Positions 24,897-37,679 of a stretch of DNA of 64,000 nucleotides are shown one piece after another (position 1 is the first letter of the stretch; the number at the start of each line of letters is the position of its first letter). The notes under the pieces were generated by a model. The model saw only the letters and a program-made list of their open reading frames with translations, searched no databases and was not told where the DNA came from. The translations under genes and the position numbers were made by a program. This DNA comes from Eledone cirrhosa (taxonomy: Eukaryota): contig OZ024745.1 in assembly GCA_964016885.1 (NCBI GenBank), positions 73,718,001 to 73,782,000 of the forward strand. The letters run 5' to 3'.

Positions 24897-25773
24897 TGTG
24901 TGTGTGTGAGTGTGTGTGTGTGTTTGTGCGTGTGTGTTTGTGTTTGAATGTGCGTGTATGAGATAGGGATTCTTTCTGTGCATTTATACATATCTATATA
25001 AGTTCCAGATTCATTTTTCAAGTGGCTGTTATTTTCTTCATAGAAGCGTACAGATATAGACTAACACAAACACATCACAATATGTTATGACTTGTCTTTG
25101 GTGAGGGGTATAGTTGATTAGATATAACACTAGTCCTTTTATTTTATCGACCTCAGAAATATGAATGGCAAAGTTGACCTTGGTGGAATTTAAATATAGC
25201 ACGTAATCCTAAAAAAGTATATAATCTATATTACAAAAACAGAGAACGTCTGTTTGTCTGTCTGTTTGTCTAATCACTAAAACTCGAGAACCACCCAACC
25301 GAGTTTTTTCAAACTTTACACATGTAATACTTATGGTCCCGTGAGTGTTTTGAACAAAAAAAAAAAATTTGTCAATGCCCATTAGGCGATTTAGCGAACT
25401 TTCTCTATAATTCTCAGTCTTTCTCTTTTTAGATAGATATATAGATATAACGTCGCGCCATTATAATTGTTTCTACTTTTGGCACAAGGCCAGCAATTAT
25501 CCCAGTGTATTACTGGTACTTTATTTTATCGACCCCGTATAATATTTGTATGTCTGTATGCCTAGGTGTCTGCATTACGTCATTATGACGCGGTGTGTGT
25601 GTGTATGTGTGTGTGTATGTGTGTATGTATATATATAGTGTGTGTGTATATATATATAGTATGTAACGTTTTTCGAAATATTTACTTCTGCGTTCACAGA
25701 TTTATTATTTTAGTTTCAGAAGATCCCGTTAAGGGTGAAAGCATCGATTCTTTGCTTAAACTTTAATCTGTTA

Positions 25774-25819
<46 letters not shown>

Positions 25820-25887
25820 CTTTTATACTCTGCTATGTATTGAGTACCTTACTTACTGTGGTTACCTCCGATTCAACCCGGAATAAC

Positions 25888-25964
<77 letters not shown>

Positions 25965-26060
25965 GAAGTAATTCCGTCGGAAAAGTCCAGGAAAAAAGAG
26001 TGCTCTATGTAGGTAACAGAACTTAATAGTTATGTAATAAACAACATAAGGCAATTATTC

Positions 26061-26114
26061 CATTTACCAGTGGTTTCTTAAAAGCAAAAAATTTTGCTTT
26101 CAATCATCAGAATG
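26061..26114 (-). ncRNA. Type I hammerhead ribozyme (left arm of palindrome)
   Basis: catt-CTGATGA-ttgaaagcaaaattttttgcttttaa-GAAA-ccactgg-TA-aatg. Confidence 0.8.
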
Positions 26115-26229
26115 AAAATATCCTGGTGTATTTATTGATATTGGATTCTAAAATCAAAAATGCAATCTATCTGATAGATTGCATTTTTGTTTTTAGAATC
26201 CAATATCAATAAATACACCAGGATTTTTT

Positions 26230-26283
26230 CATTCTGATGATTGAAAGCAACATTTTTTGCTTTTAAGAAACCACTGGTAAATG
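26230..26283 (+). ncRNA. Type I hammerhead ribozyme (right arm of palindrome)
   Basis: catt-CTGATGA-ttgaaagcaa/ttgcttttaa-GAAA-cca c tgg-TA-aatg, with a GUA cleavage triplet. Confidence 0.82.
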
Positions 26284-26789
26284 GAATAATTGCCTTATGT
26301 TGTTTATTACATAACTATATATATATATATAAACAATTATATATTCGTGTATAGATATTTTTGCATACACATATAAACAAAAGTAATTATTTCGCGATAA
26401 AGTATTGATTTTCTTCGAACGGAAAAAAACCCTGGTAATGTACGACGAATTTTTTTTATAAGCACAAATGTAGACACCCAGCCGAGGCCGAGGTATTCCG
26501 TACTTCTCTGTACTGTTATATATATATATATAAATATATATAAAATTTAGTACAGCATTAACGAAGTCATGGTTGCAGCCAAGCTAACGAATGCAGTTTC
26601 GGTGTGCAGCTAAGCACTCGATAGGGTATATAACCCTAGAGTTATAACATTACGTTTAGACAGCTTTGCAAAATGAATACAGCGACCGATAGAAGGGCCG
26701 CAGTGACCATAGCCACGAAAACGACTGAACTCAGGAAAAATTTGACTAACTTGGACCACACGTCGACATCATACATAACATATAATACA

Positions 26790-26973
26790 TATAATTGTTT
26801 CTACTTTTGGCACAAGGCCAGCAATTACCCAGTGCTTTACTGGTACTTTATTTTATCGACCCCGTAAGGATGAAAGGCAAAGTTAACCTCGGCGGGATTT
26901 GAACTCAGAATGGAAAGGGCCGAAACTCTTTGCGTCAAAGCATGGCGTCCGACCCTCTACCGATACTGCCAAT
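26790..26973 (-). mobile_element. tRNA-type SINE inside the Helitron
   Basis: Reverse complement of the recurrent motif gagttcaaatcccgccgaggtt..tttgcctttcatccttacggggtcgataaaataaagtaccag...agaaacaattat. Confidence 0.85.
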
Positions 26974-27599
26974 ACATATACGATATAACATACATCACAT
27001 ATATCTCCGCTAGGTTTCCGTAAATCCGAAATCAACAAAATCCACTTGCAGGGGTCTCCAAGTTAATGGTTTTTGAAGATAGAACAATGGAGTTTTACTT
27101 CGTCAACAGGTTCTGGTCCGCTCGGGTGTTTTCTCCTAGAGAAAGCGCTGCTAGCAAACACATGGTTTTCGCAAAGGGAGGTAACTCCCGATTTTGGCGG
27201 TTAGTTCAAAATTTGGAACAAAGGAATAGAAATTCCCTTACACAAACCGAATTAAGCACTCAACTAGAAGTTATCAAACAAACATAAACCATTAATCGAT
27301 CAATAGAATTGTCTAACTAAATTAATCAATTAATGGTTAGTTCTAGGAGATAGTAATACAAAATTTAGTACAGTATCAATGAAGCCATGGTTGCAGCCAT
27401 AACTAATTATATATTCGTGTACATATAATTTTGCATACACAATAACAAAATATAAACAAACGTATTTACTTACTACGAGGCTCGAGAAGGATAAATATAT
27501 ATGAAATATATAAGAACCCTAGAGCAATTCCCGAGCAACGCCAGGCCATTCTGCTAGTAATTTCTAAAATAGACACAAGTCAACGAAGTTTGATACAAC

Positions 27600-28700
27600 G
27601 GGTTGATAGATGATCTGAAGTCTGATTTCAGGTTAATCCGAAAGTCTACGTATGTCCTTATTTTGGACGGGTTTACTGTGTCTGTTGCGATTTTCATGCC
27701 TGCTTGTACCGCAAGTGTAAGAATGAAAACTTATTTCCAAGATTTTTAAGCCTCATTCTTTGTTAGAATGGCCTCTTTGACCTCTTGATTGAACCAATGG
27801 GTCCTCCTGCCACTTGGCACCACACAAAGCCTCTGTCGCTCGCAGCATTTTATAGAAACAAAAAAATCTGAGCTGAACATTCCCCACTCTATCTCAACGT
27901 CCTCAGTTTGCCCAGGGAGTTTTCTGAATTTGGATGCAATAGTATCTGCATACATAGTCCTAACTTCCTTATCCACCAATGCTTCCCACTTTATCCTGTA
28001 GGTCACCCTGGATCTGCCAGTTTTATTGGCTTCTTTGGCTTTAAATAGTCCAAAGCTGCAGATAACTAGATGGTGATCAGTTGACAGCTCAGCCATTCTC
28101 TTAATACAAACATCCAGCACAGAATCAAAGAGATCAGAGACAATAACAAAATCAACTATTAATCTCTGTCCCTGATACCCCTTATACCATGCATGTTTAT
28201 TCAACTATTAATCTCTATCCCTGATACCCCTTATACCATGCATGTTTATTCAAATATTAATCTCTGTCCCTGATACCCCTTATACCATGCATGTTTATTC
28301 AACTATTAATCTCTGTCCCTGATACCCCTTATACCATGCATGTTTATTCAACTATTAATCTCTGTCCCTGATACCCCTTATACCATGCATGTTTATTCAA
28401 CTATTAATCTCTGTCCCTGATACCCCTTATACCATGCATGTTTATGGCTGTCTCTGTGCTGGAAGAAGGTTTTCGTAATAGAGAGTCCATTTGCAGAACA
28501 AAAGTATAGTAAGGCCTCTCCGTTCGTGCTTAGATCTGGGTCGCCATTCCTTCCAATCACTTCTTTCCATGTCAGGTGGGAATTTCTATCATATGCACTG
28601 AAGTCTCTCATCAGGATATATGACTCAGTCTTAACTACATCTACCGCTGCAGTGACTTCAACAAGTAAGGACCTATATTGGATTCATTGCTTGGCGCATT
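27600..28700 (-). mobile_element. RTE-clade (Rex3/Expander-like) LINE endonuclease fragment
   Basis: IGRNGDPDLSTNGEALLYFCSANGLSITKTFFQH...VDFVIVS...AELSTDHHLV are RTE APE-domain motifs. Confidence 0.8.
28152..28445. repeat. 49-bp minisatellite, 6 copies, inside the RTE fragment
   Basis: Unit tcaactattaatctctgtccctgataccccttataccatgcatgtttat starts at 28152, 28201, 28250, 28299, 28348 and 28397. Confidence 0.95.
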
Positions 28701-28702
28701 CT

Positions 28703-28880
28703 GCGGACATGTGATTATAATGTCTCAGGTAAGAATCGCTGCACAGATTTTACGGGCAAAAACCAACAGGCAGGAGATTCAGGGGTAGATCCCGACCGAA
28801 AAGGTTGGATAACATCCATGAGATTGGTTGGTCTCGCTTGGGGATCCAGCTGGACCAGTTGGAGATGGTTGCTTCTGTCA
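28703..28880 (+). mobile_element. RTE LINE 3' fragment
   Basis: GHV..MSQ.RIAAQILRAKPTGRRFRGRS..RLDNI-like sequence. Same family as 33790 and 57065. Confidence 0.75.
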
Positions 28881-28904
28881 GTATGTATGTATTTATGTAT
28901 ATAT

Positions 28905-29015
28905 TAAATGTGGGGCGCAATTGAAAAAGACACCACTCGCACTGTCTGTAACATCAATACCCAACTGATTGACAGGATTAAGGAGGTGTTTTAGGCTCTT
29001 CCTAGGGACACCGTG
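28905..29015 (+). mobile_element. Tc1/mariner transposase C-terminal fragment
   Basis: VWGAIEKDT..CN...QLIDRIKEVF.ALPRDTV-like translation. Confidence 0.4.
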
Positions 29016-29344
29016 AATAATCAACTGTGTATAGTACCTTAGTGGTGGTGCACACATTTTAGTAGAGACAAAACATAAGGAATAGAAAGGGAACGGTTCA
29101 ATTCAGGTTATGTTCTTACCTCGTGCGAGGAGAGAGAATAGAGTTTGTACTGCTGTTCGTAATAAACAACAACAAACAAATGTGCCGTATGCTAAAAGAT
29201 AGGTAGAAGTGGCTGAATACCTAGAGCAAACATTGGGATTGAAACAGCTCGTATAGTATTATTAAAGTCTTAGAAATATAGAATAAAATAATCAACTGCG
29301 CACAGTTCCTTAGTGGAGCACATATTTTAGTAGAGAAAACAATT

Positions 29345-29696
29345 ATTGGCAGTATTGGTAGAAAATCGGACGTCATGCTTTGCAGCATAGAGTTGCGGCC
29401 CTTTACGGGCTGAGTTCAAATTTCGCCGAGGTTAATTTTGCCTTTCATCCCTACGTGGGTCGATGAAATAAAGCACCAGTAATGCACTGGGATAATTGCT
29501 GGCCTTGTGTCAAAAGAAGAAACAATTATTATTATTATATTTTCCAGCATAGTTACGTCTCTTTACGATCTGAGTTCAAATCCCGCCGAGGTTGACTTTG
29601 CCTTTCATCCTTACGGAGTCGATAAAATAAAGTACCAGTAATGCACTGGGTAATTTGCTGGCCTTGTGCCTAAAGTAGAAACAATTATTATTATTT
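29345..29696 (+). mobile_element. Two tandem SINEs (second 5'-truncated) with (ATT)n tails
   Basis: A-box-like tggcagtattggta, B-box-like gagttcaaat, conserved core cctttcatcc..gtcgataaaataaagtaccag, ATT tails. Confidence 0.88.
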
Positions 29697-31399
29697 TACA
29701 GGCAAAATAAGTTGTTTATGCCAGATGCAAATAGGTTTTACAGGAAAATTGGGACACAGACATTTCAAGTAATGGAACCTCCTTCAATTCATGAAGCTGA
29801 AGAATTTTGGAAAACAGTATGGAGTACAGAAAAATACCATAATGCAAATGTAGAATGGATAAAGAACGTGGAAGAAACATACACTAGTTTAGAAAGGCAG
29901 ACTTGGCAAGACTGAGGCTATGGAAGAACTGGAGTTGGCAGTAAAGAAAGTCAACAAATGGAAATCTCCTGGCATTGATAAAGTGCCAAACTTCTGGTTT
30001 TCTTAACTGTTACCCAAGATATGTTGGTAAACATTTATAACGAAATTATGTTCAATCCTGAGAAGCCTCCTGATTAGTTTGCACAAGGTATAACATATCT
30101 CTTGCTAAAATTGTCAGAAACAAATATTCCAAGAAATTATCGTTCTATCACTACTTTCCCACATCATACAAAATTCTCACTTCGATCTAGACAGATAATG
30201 ATAAAAATCACTATTTACCTATTGAGCAAATAAGTTGTCGCCGTGGGTATTACAGGTGCAAAGACAAACTTCTCATTAACCGAATGATTCTGAAAAACTC
30301 ATAAAAAGTATAGAAATCTGATTACTGCTTGGATTGACTATAAGAAAGCATTTGATAGTGATCTCCATTCATTTTGAAAACTTTGGATGTTCTGAAACTT
30401 TCCCAAGGAATATCAGACTTCCTGAAATACAACGTCTATAAGGAATACATATCTATCTTTGTCACACAGTGATGGAACTATACATTCCAGCAGCATAAGT
30501 ATTAACTGTGATATTTTGCAATGCACTCACACCTCTGTCTTTAGCGTGCTCAACATGACTACAACATCGACAGCAAAACAATAAATCACCTGTTATATAT
30601 GGATAACTAGAAACTATATGCCAAGAATGACAGCGAATTGGAAGGACTACTGAAGACAGTTCAGGTGTTCATTGAGGATGTAGGAATGGAATTTGGATTG
30701 AAAAAATGCGCCAAAGCAACATTCAAGAAAGTTAGAATGACAAACACAAACATAATGGAAATAAATGTGAATACAGTAATTAGGGAACAAGAACAGGAAC
30801 AAGCCTACAGATATTTAGGGATCAACGAAGGTCAAGATATTTACTACACCAGCATGAAAGAGAGAACTAGGAAAGAATGCTACCGGAGAGTACGTGTTGT
30901 CTTGAAAACCGAACTTAACTCGAGGAATAGGCTCTCTGCCATAAATCTACTTGCAATCTCTGTTGTCATCTATAGTTTCAATTTTATAAATTGGCACGTT
31001 AATGAAATTAACTGAATGGACACCAAAATCAGGAAACCTTTGATCAATAGTAAAATAAATCACCCCAAAACCTCTATCTCCCTAGACAAGGAATGATCCA
31101 GCTCGAGCTATCATACAATATATCGATCTTAAAACCACAGATGACTGGGTGATGAAAATGGTTGCAGATCACGAAAGGAAGAAGTTAGATTCAGTTACGA
31201 AATGTAGGAAGTTTGCGGAATAATTGGGAATACATTTTGAAAATGATGGCGATTCTACAATTAAAACCACAATGAACATCAAGATATTAGCAAAACCTAA
31301 AGGTCAACGGAGACTGTGCACTAAACGGGAGCAAAATCCACTGCGAGGGCCGTATTTTCTCCAAACAAAGAACATGATGTCGATCAAACTCTCACCTAT
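29697..31399 (+). mobile_element. Degenerate R4/Dong-clade LINE RT fragment
   Basis: KWKSPGIDKVPNFW, WIDYKKAFDS, NHLLYMD.LKLYAK and EDVGMEFGLKKCAK motifs. Bounded by (ATT)n on the left and (AAT)n on the right. Confidence 0.85.
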
Positions 31400-31748
31400 A
31401 ATAATAATAATTGCTTTTACTTTTGTCAATGGGAATCTTTGTCGTCTTCATCATGGTCAACATTGCCTAACCCAACGAAGGAGTTACCCCATTAAATACA
31501 GCCGTGAGTTCTTTCTCGGATAACACACGTCTTTTAAAAAGTAGGACACATTAGATAATGTAGTCCTAGATACATTATATTTGAAAAATAAATAGTATGG
31601 TTGCAGCTTTGACTCATGTCATCATCATCTTTACTATTGCTACATCAGAATTACTGCTACTTCTATTAAAATATCCTAATTATTCCCCCCTTCATTATCA
31701 CAGTCTGTAATGCCAGAAGCATCTTTAACATAAATCATCTTCACTACC

Positions 31749-31911
31749 TATGTATGTATGTATGTATGTATGTATGTATGTATGTATGTATGTATGTATG
31801 TATGTATGTATGTATGTATGTATCTATCTATCTCTCACTCTCTCTCTCTTTCTCCCCCTCTCTCTTTATATATATATATTCATTCAATCAATCAATCAAT
31901 CTATCTATCTT

Positions 31912-31968
<57 letters not shown>

Positions 31969-31995
31969 ACATCTATCTATCTATCTACCTATTTA
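31749..31995. repeat. Compound (TATG)n/(TC)n/(TCAA)n/(TCTA)n microsatellite
   Basis: Direct reading of the sequence. Confidence 0.9.
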
Positions 31996-32649
31996 TCTTT
32001 CCTTGTTTTATTGCTTTCTATCTAATTAACTAACTAAATATCCGTCTATCCAGCTAATTTATTTATCTGTTTTTTTTGTCTGTCTATCTGTCTGCATTTC
32101 TTTCTAAGCACACATTTGCAAACACACGTTCCTCACATAAACCTAGATATAAAGCACATCTAATTATACAAGTTTTGCTTAGGGCGATACAAGTACATCT
32201 ATATTCACATTGTAAATGTGCAAGCACATCTATTCAAACTGAATCACTAATGAATGAGTTATGTATCCTGTATATCAAGTATGTGCCCAATATATTATTT
32301 ATTTATGAGCTCGTAGACTGTAAATTATCAAAATGTTTTGATGAAATATTTAATAAAGCTAATTCAATTATAGATTGTTCAACATCTAGACAGAATAGAA
32401 TTATACAAGTGTGGAGATTCCTGTGTTAGCTTCACAAAATCACTTCTTAAACATGCTGCTCCTAAAATATGAATCGAATAAGATATAAATTGAAATACAG
32501 ATTGTAAATAGTCTAAATCGTTGGATAGATAGTGACTCACAGATTTTGAGATAAATCACTTTTCTAGCGTTTCATTGAGTATTTAAGAAGTAAAATTTAT
32601 TCTACATTGCTTTCGAAAATAAGTACCACATTTAGTGGGAATACATTTT

Positions 32650-33040
32650 TTATGGTTCGTTCTGGAAGACTACCGTAGATCCCCTGAAGCATGTGAAGTT
32701 GATGCGGTTTACGTTAGCTCTCGAATAGCTGCATGTCGACAATTGCAATAAAACTACGAACATGGAGGTGATTGCAGACCACTGACATTCTAGGAGGAAG
32801 AATTGGTCGTAGTTGCTTGAGCTGATCCTAGTGAGTAGACACAATATTTGTGACAAGAGGAGGATAGACGAATGAATCGGGTGTGTTTGAATGGATGGAG
32901 GGAGAAAGATCAGCTAGCTACAAGAAGCAGAAGACAGTGTAGTAGTGGTAGTAAAAGGAAAGTGAGGAGGCATCTCATATATGGGTCAGATCGGGAATGT
33001 GTTGGTGATGTTGAGTAACGCTAGAGTAACTATTACCTAC
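32650..33040 (-). mobile_element. Old CR1-group LINE 3' fragment
   Basis: Minus-strand pieces LSFYYHYY..C...LADL...TR...SS..H...QFFLPR resemble a CR1 ORF2 C-terminus. Confidence 0.4.
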
Positions 33041-33382
33041 CATATATATGTTTGTTATCTTGATAGAAGATTTATCTCTTAACTGTTTTACCCCATTAGA
33101 AGAAAAGCATATGCATACTTAAGCATCAAACCTTACATAAAAAAAATTTTTCTGAGACATTTACATTAAATTACAATATATGTGTATATGCGTATGCATG
33201 TTTTTTGTTGTTGCTGCTGCTGAATCCCGGGTCAGTCCTGATTGAGCGATTACATAAAGGCTTCCTCTCATTTGCTCTTATATACAATGTTATAATAACA
33301 GACGTTATGACAATAGATCTAATGGTAGGTAAAATAATATAAACAATCTTATTTCAGAGATTAATATCTATCTCAATTACGA

Positions 33383-33602
33383 AGGTGGTGGATTGGCAGT
33401 ATCAGTAGAGCGTCAGACAACACGCTTTGTGGCATAGAGTTACGCCCCTTTACGATATCAGTTCAAATCTTGTCGAGGTTAGCTTTGTCCTTTCATCCTT
33501 ACGGGGTCGATAAAATAAAGTACCAGTAATGTACTAAGGGTGATTTGATCGACTTTCGCCATTCCCCAAATTGTTGGCCTTGTGCCTAAATCAGAAACCA
33601 AT
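33383..33602 (+). mobile_element. SINE
   Basis: Head ggtggtggattggcagtatcagtagagcg plus the conserved core. Confidence 0.85.
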
Positions 33603-33789
33603 ATTTCTCTCAATTACATCAGGTATGAAAATCTGAAGTAATGCAAGAGAAAATAAGTGGTGGATGATGAGGCATTAATGCAATTACCTTTATTTCTGTT
33701 TGTTTATTTATTCATACTTCTTTACGAATCTTAGATTTCTTTGAGAAATAAATATTGTAATTTATATTTATGTTTACAGCTCTGATACT

Positions 33790-34030
33790 ATGGGCATGTA
33801 GTTAGAATGTCTCAGGAAAGAATCGCTGCATATATTTTTACGGGCAAAACTAACCGACAGGAGACCCAGGGGTAGACCCGAAGCAAGATGTTTGGATAAC
33901 ATCCATGAACTTGGTTTCTCTCGCTTGGTGATCCAGCCAGATCAGTTGGAGACGGTTACTTCTGACAGGACCCCAGGAAGGAGTGTTAGAAACTCTGTCC
34001 CCCCTCCCCCTCATCCTCAGGAACAAGTTC
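33790..34030 (+). mobile_element. RTE LINE 3' fragment
   Basis: YYGHVVRMSQERIAA...RRPRGRP..RCLDNI. Homologous to 28703 and 57065. Confidence 0.75.
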
Positions 34031-34410
34031 ACTTTATTTATGTATAATCTTCAAAGAAGCCTTATAATAAGGACTTGTCCTTATTTTGATATTTGTACAT
34101 AATATTTTTGTTCACTTTTGTTTTTACTTTCGAAGATAGTTACATTTTGAGTTCAAATTGCACCAATGAACCGGGGTCAATTACTGGTGACGATATAATT
34201 GACTATTTCCTCTCCTAAAATTCCTGGTTGTGTATCTAAGAAATAAAATATGTTTATCTGCTTTCTTTATCGATTGTTCACACCACTAAATCATATATCG
34301 TTTTGGATCGAGAATTCATTATTATAAATTATAGCATTGTAAACGTAATAGCTTTGAGAATGCAATATCTCTCTCCCTTCCCCCCTCTCCCCCCCTCTCT
34401 CATCTCTCTC

Positions 34411-34457
<47 letters not shown>

Positions 34458-35029
34458 CTAGCTATTCAAACACAAACACACTGATGTGACATCATATAAA
34501 ATTATGGAATTTATTTATAACCAATTATCGTGAATAGAAGTATTCTCTTACTGTACAAGGTCTTGTTTCCAGCATATAGATAAGCAATAATAACACAGGC
34601 ATCATTGAAACTATTAAATAACTACATTATTGATTAGCGATCGTCATTATTAATGCATATAATAGTGATTAAACTATTTAATTTTGCAACTTTCTTAATG
34701 AAACGAATACAATTTGAAATATAAATATCGACAGAAAATAAATTAACAAATACAATAATATAAATGAAAAAAACCCAAAAAACCGGAAGAAAGATGAAGT
34801 AAACATTGCAGAAAAATAGAATAATTGTAGGCTTGATTTGAAATAATTTAACATGGAAAATGTACTACAGTTATTTTCATTGTTGAAATGAAATATAATT
34901 AAACTACAGCACTGGCAACAACAATAATACTAACTAGTAGCATTCGTGAATACTTCTCATATAAATGTTCTCATTTCTAGTTTGATGCATAAATGTATAC
35001 ATCGTCATAGCATTATTTCTTTATAACCA

Positions 35030-35220
35030 GGGCGGTGGATTGGCAGTATTGGTAGAGGGTCGGACGCCATGTTTTCCAGCATAGTTACGTCCCTTTACGA
35101 TCTGAGTTCAAATCCCGCCGAGGTTGACTTTGCCTTTCATCCTTACGGGGTTGATAAAATAAAGTACCAGTAATGCACTGGGTAATTGCTGGCCTTGTGC
35201 CTAAAGTAGAAACAATTATT
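35030..35220 (+). mobile_element. SINE (well preserved)
   Basis: Complete head, core and tail: ggcggtggattggcagtattggtagag...aaagtagaaacaattatt. Confidence 0.9.
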
Positions 35221-35433
35221 TCTTTATACTAAAATTTAAAGCGATGGATTAGCAAAGTCGGTAGAGCGTTGGACAAAAGCGTAGCAGTATTTGTTCTGGC
35301 TCTTTACTTTCTAGCCTCGCGAGCTGGAATGGCTCTTCCAGCACGTCTCCCTCACCATCCTCCGGGGAAACACCTTCTCTATTCTTTCTGCCGCGGCAGC
35401 GGGACGGCCAGCGCGTGGACCTCTATTTGCTCA

Positions 35434-35628
35434 TAATAATTGTTTCTACTTTTGGCACAAGGCCAGCAATTACCCAGTGTATTACTGGTACTTTATTTTA
35501 TCGACCCCTTAAGGATGAAAGGCAAAGTTAACCTTGGCGGGATTTGAACTCAGAATGGCAAGGGCCTTAACTCTATGCGTCAAAGCATGGCGTCCGACCC
35601 TCTATCGATATTGCCAATCCCCCGCCTT
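35434..35628 (-). mobile_element. SINE with target-site duplication
   Basis: Full reverse-complement copy. tctatttgctcataataat is repeated on both sides (near 35422 and 35630). Confidence 0.9.
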
Positions 35629-35756
35629 TCTATTTGCTCATAATAATGAGAGATAGGGAGAGCGGGAGAGACAGTCAGTGACAGTGGGGGTTTGGTTTTT
35701 TGTGTTCGGACCTGGTGTATATATGCTTATATAAGAGATAATATATTGTCTATTAT

Positions 35757-35905
35757 TTCTGAGTTCAAATTCCGCCGAATTCATCTCTGCCTTTCATCTC
35801 TGCCTTTCATCTGAGATCGATAAAATATAGTACCAGTCAAGTACTGAGGTTGATATAATCGACTCTCCCCTTCCTCACTAAATTGCAGGCCTGATACAAA
35901 GATAC
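35757..35905 (+). mobile_element. SINE fragment
   Basis: ttctgagttcaaattccgccga...gcctttcatc...tcgataaaata..gtaccagtc. Confidence 0.75.
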
Positions 35906-37112
35906 GAAGATTTCGATTATATCCGGAGAAACAATATTGCCCTTACCGAAGCTCTAAGTAGGATAGCAAGAATACGAACTGAACTAATAACCAACAATTT
36001 AAATTAAATAAATTATGTTAGGTAAAATCCAATTATTTCTCCCTTTCTTGCCTTGTGAAAATTGAATGCGATCTGTTTTATGCTAATAATCTACGTTTTA
36101 TCATGGACGCAAGTGGAATATAAATTTATAATGTATTCATGTATTAGTGGATTAATATTTTCCTGTAAGTCATCCCAGAGTTAATAGAATTTGATTTGAA
36201 GTGATCTCCGCCGATGCACGCTCTATATGGAGCGAACTGACACCACAATTCTAATCCAAGAGTAGGTGTCGATAGATTGGAAATTTGGTTGCCATTGTTT
36301 TGCAGACCGAGTACCATATAAAGGCTACCCATCAGCTCACCTCCTAACAGTTGGTTATATCTATTGGACAATAGACAGTTTAATATCAAGACACGTACAA
36401 CTAAATGTATGTATAGAATAGAGCTCCAATACAGACTGACAAATTGCCTTGGCATTTTGCGAGTGATACTAAAATAATAGACATAAATACGTTAGCTGTA
36501 ACAATTATAATCAACATCAACATAATAAAGTGGAAAGCCTGCAAGCAAAATTGAAAGTAGGAAGCAATCTCCCACTAATAACTTACTTTTATATTTAAAA
36601 AAAATGAAAAACACGGTAAAATGTGATTTACACAAGATTGAGAAATCTGCAGAAAAAGATGAACTGATAGCATTTTGTCACGTTTTACAGCATACAAAGA
36701 ATAATAATTAACAGGCATGATGTTGTCATAAAGAATTATTATTTAGTTATCCACGCAATAATGACAAATAGGGTTAATTACTTGGAGAAGAAAATATCAA
36801 TGTTGAACATGACAGAATAGTGAGATCAAAATTATAAGAAACCTATTGCGAATATACGAGGGTAAAGATTGAAAGGAGTAGAAAGATAATAGCGTTTAAA
36901 AGCCAAAATCTGTTTAAGTATTCATTAATGGTTCATCGGTCCTATTCCCTTTGGGGTGATGAAAGGTTATTAACTGAGTGAATGAAATTATTAGTTCTCA
37001 TGCAGCTTGACTCTTAGTCTATACATTAGCTGACTACACAATAATAAGCCGAGGTATACTTTAGAAAATACTATATATTTTCAACAGTTCAATCGAGTAG
37101 CAGAGATGTATA

Positions 37113-37150
37113 CAGTCCTGAAGGGAAATAACCCAGAAACATGTTGATTG
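37113..37150 (+). ncRNA. Decayed hammerhead motif
   Basis: cagtc-CTGAAG-ggaaataaccca-GAAA-catg-TT-gattg. Stems I and III are intact, and the core has a small deletion. Confidence 0.5.
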
Positions 37151-37679
37151 CTCCCCGATGCTACTGTTGAACAAACGAATCGAATATTATCATTATTCGA
37201 TATAACCCATACTTACATCTATGTAATCTGCTCTGCTAGAGCGAAAAATCAAATTCTAATTTTGTTTTAAACAAAATATACATTTTAATTAATTCACTTT
37301 AAAATATAAATGAATTAATTATATGGAGTTGATGATTACGTCGTATTTTGTCGTCTCTATGTGTCATCTCTATTGAGCTTAACCACCAAAAAGCTTATTA
37401 TTCGACACTTACTGATTTCAGCCAACGTAAGTTTCCATTTCAGTTTTATACTTTCTTTACTCGTTATAAGAACATTCGCCAGATTCGATTTTGAAACTTT
37501 GAACGAATTTTATATCAATATTCTTTATTTGGTTTGATATCATTTCTTTTTGTTTTTACTAAGACAAGGCTAACTCCAAAGAGAAGTACGATGGTAACGA
37601 TCCTAGTATAGTTTATCGAAGTCGAGTGGATGAGAGACAAATTCATCTCCAAAAGAACATCTTGATACGATAGTAATGG

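Larger units (their letters stand above)
26026..26318. repeat. Near-perfect palindrome (146-bp arms, centre 26172)
   Basis: 26026-26171 is the reverse complement of 26173-26318 with few mismatches. (TA)n abuts the right end. Confidence 0.95.
25225..27557 (+). mobile_element. Non-autonomous composite Helitron
   Basis: 5' end A|TCTATATTACAAAAAC-(TGTC)n. 3' end CCCGAGCAACGCCAGGCC...CTAG|T, matching the 697-2203 element. Shares internal modules with it and contains SINE pieces and a palindrome. Confidence 0.8.

Noticed and set aside
28152-28445. CRISPR-like regular repeats (also 47861-47970)
   Set aside because: Units are contiguous with no unique spacers, there are no cas genes, and the context is eukaryotic. 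These are minisatellites.
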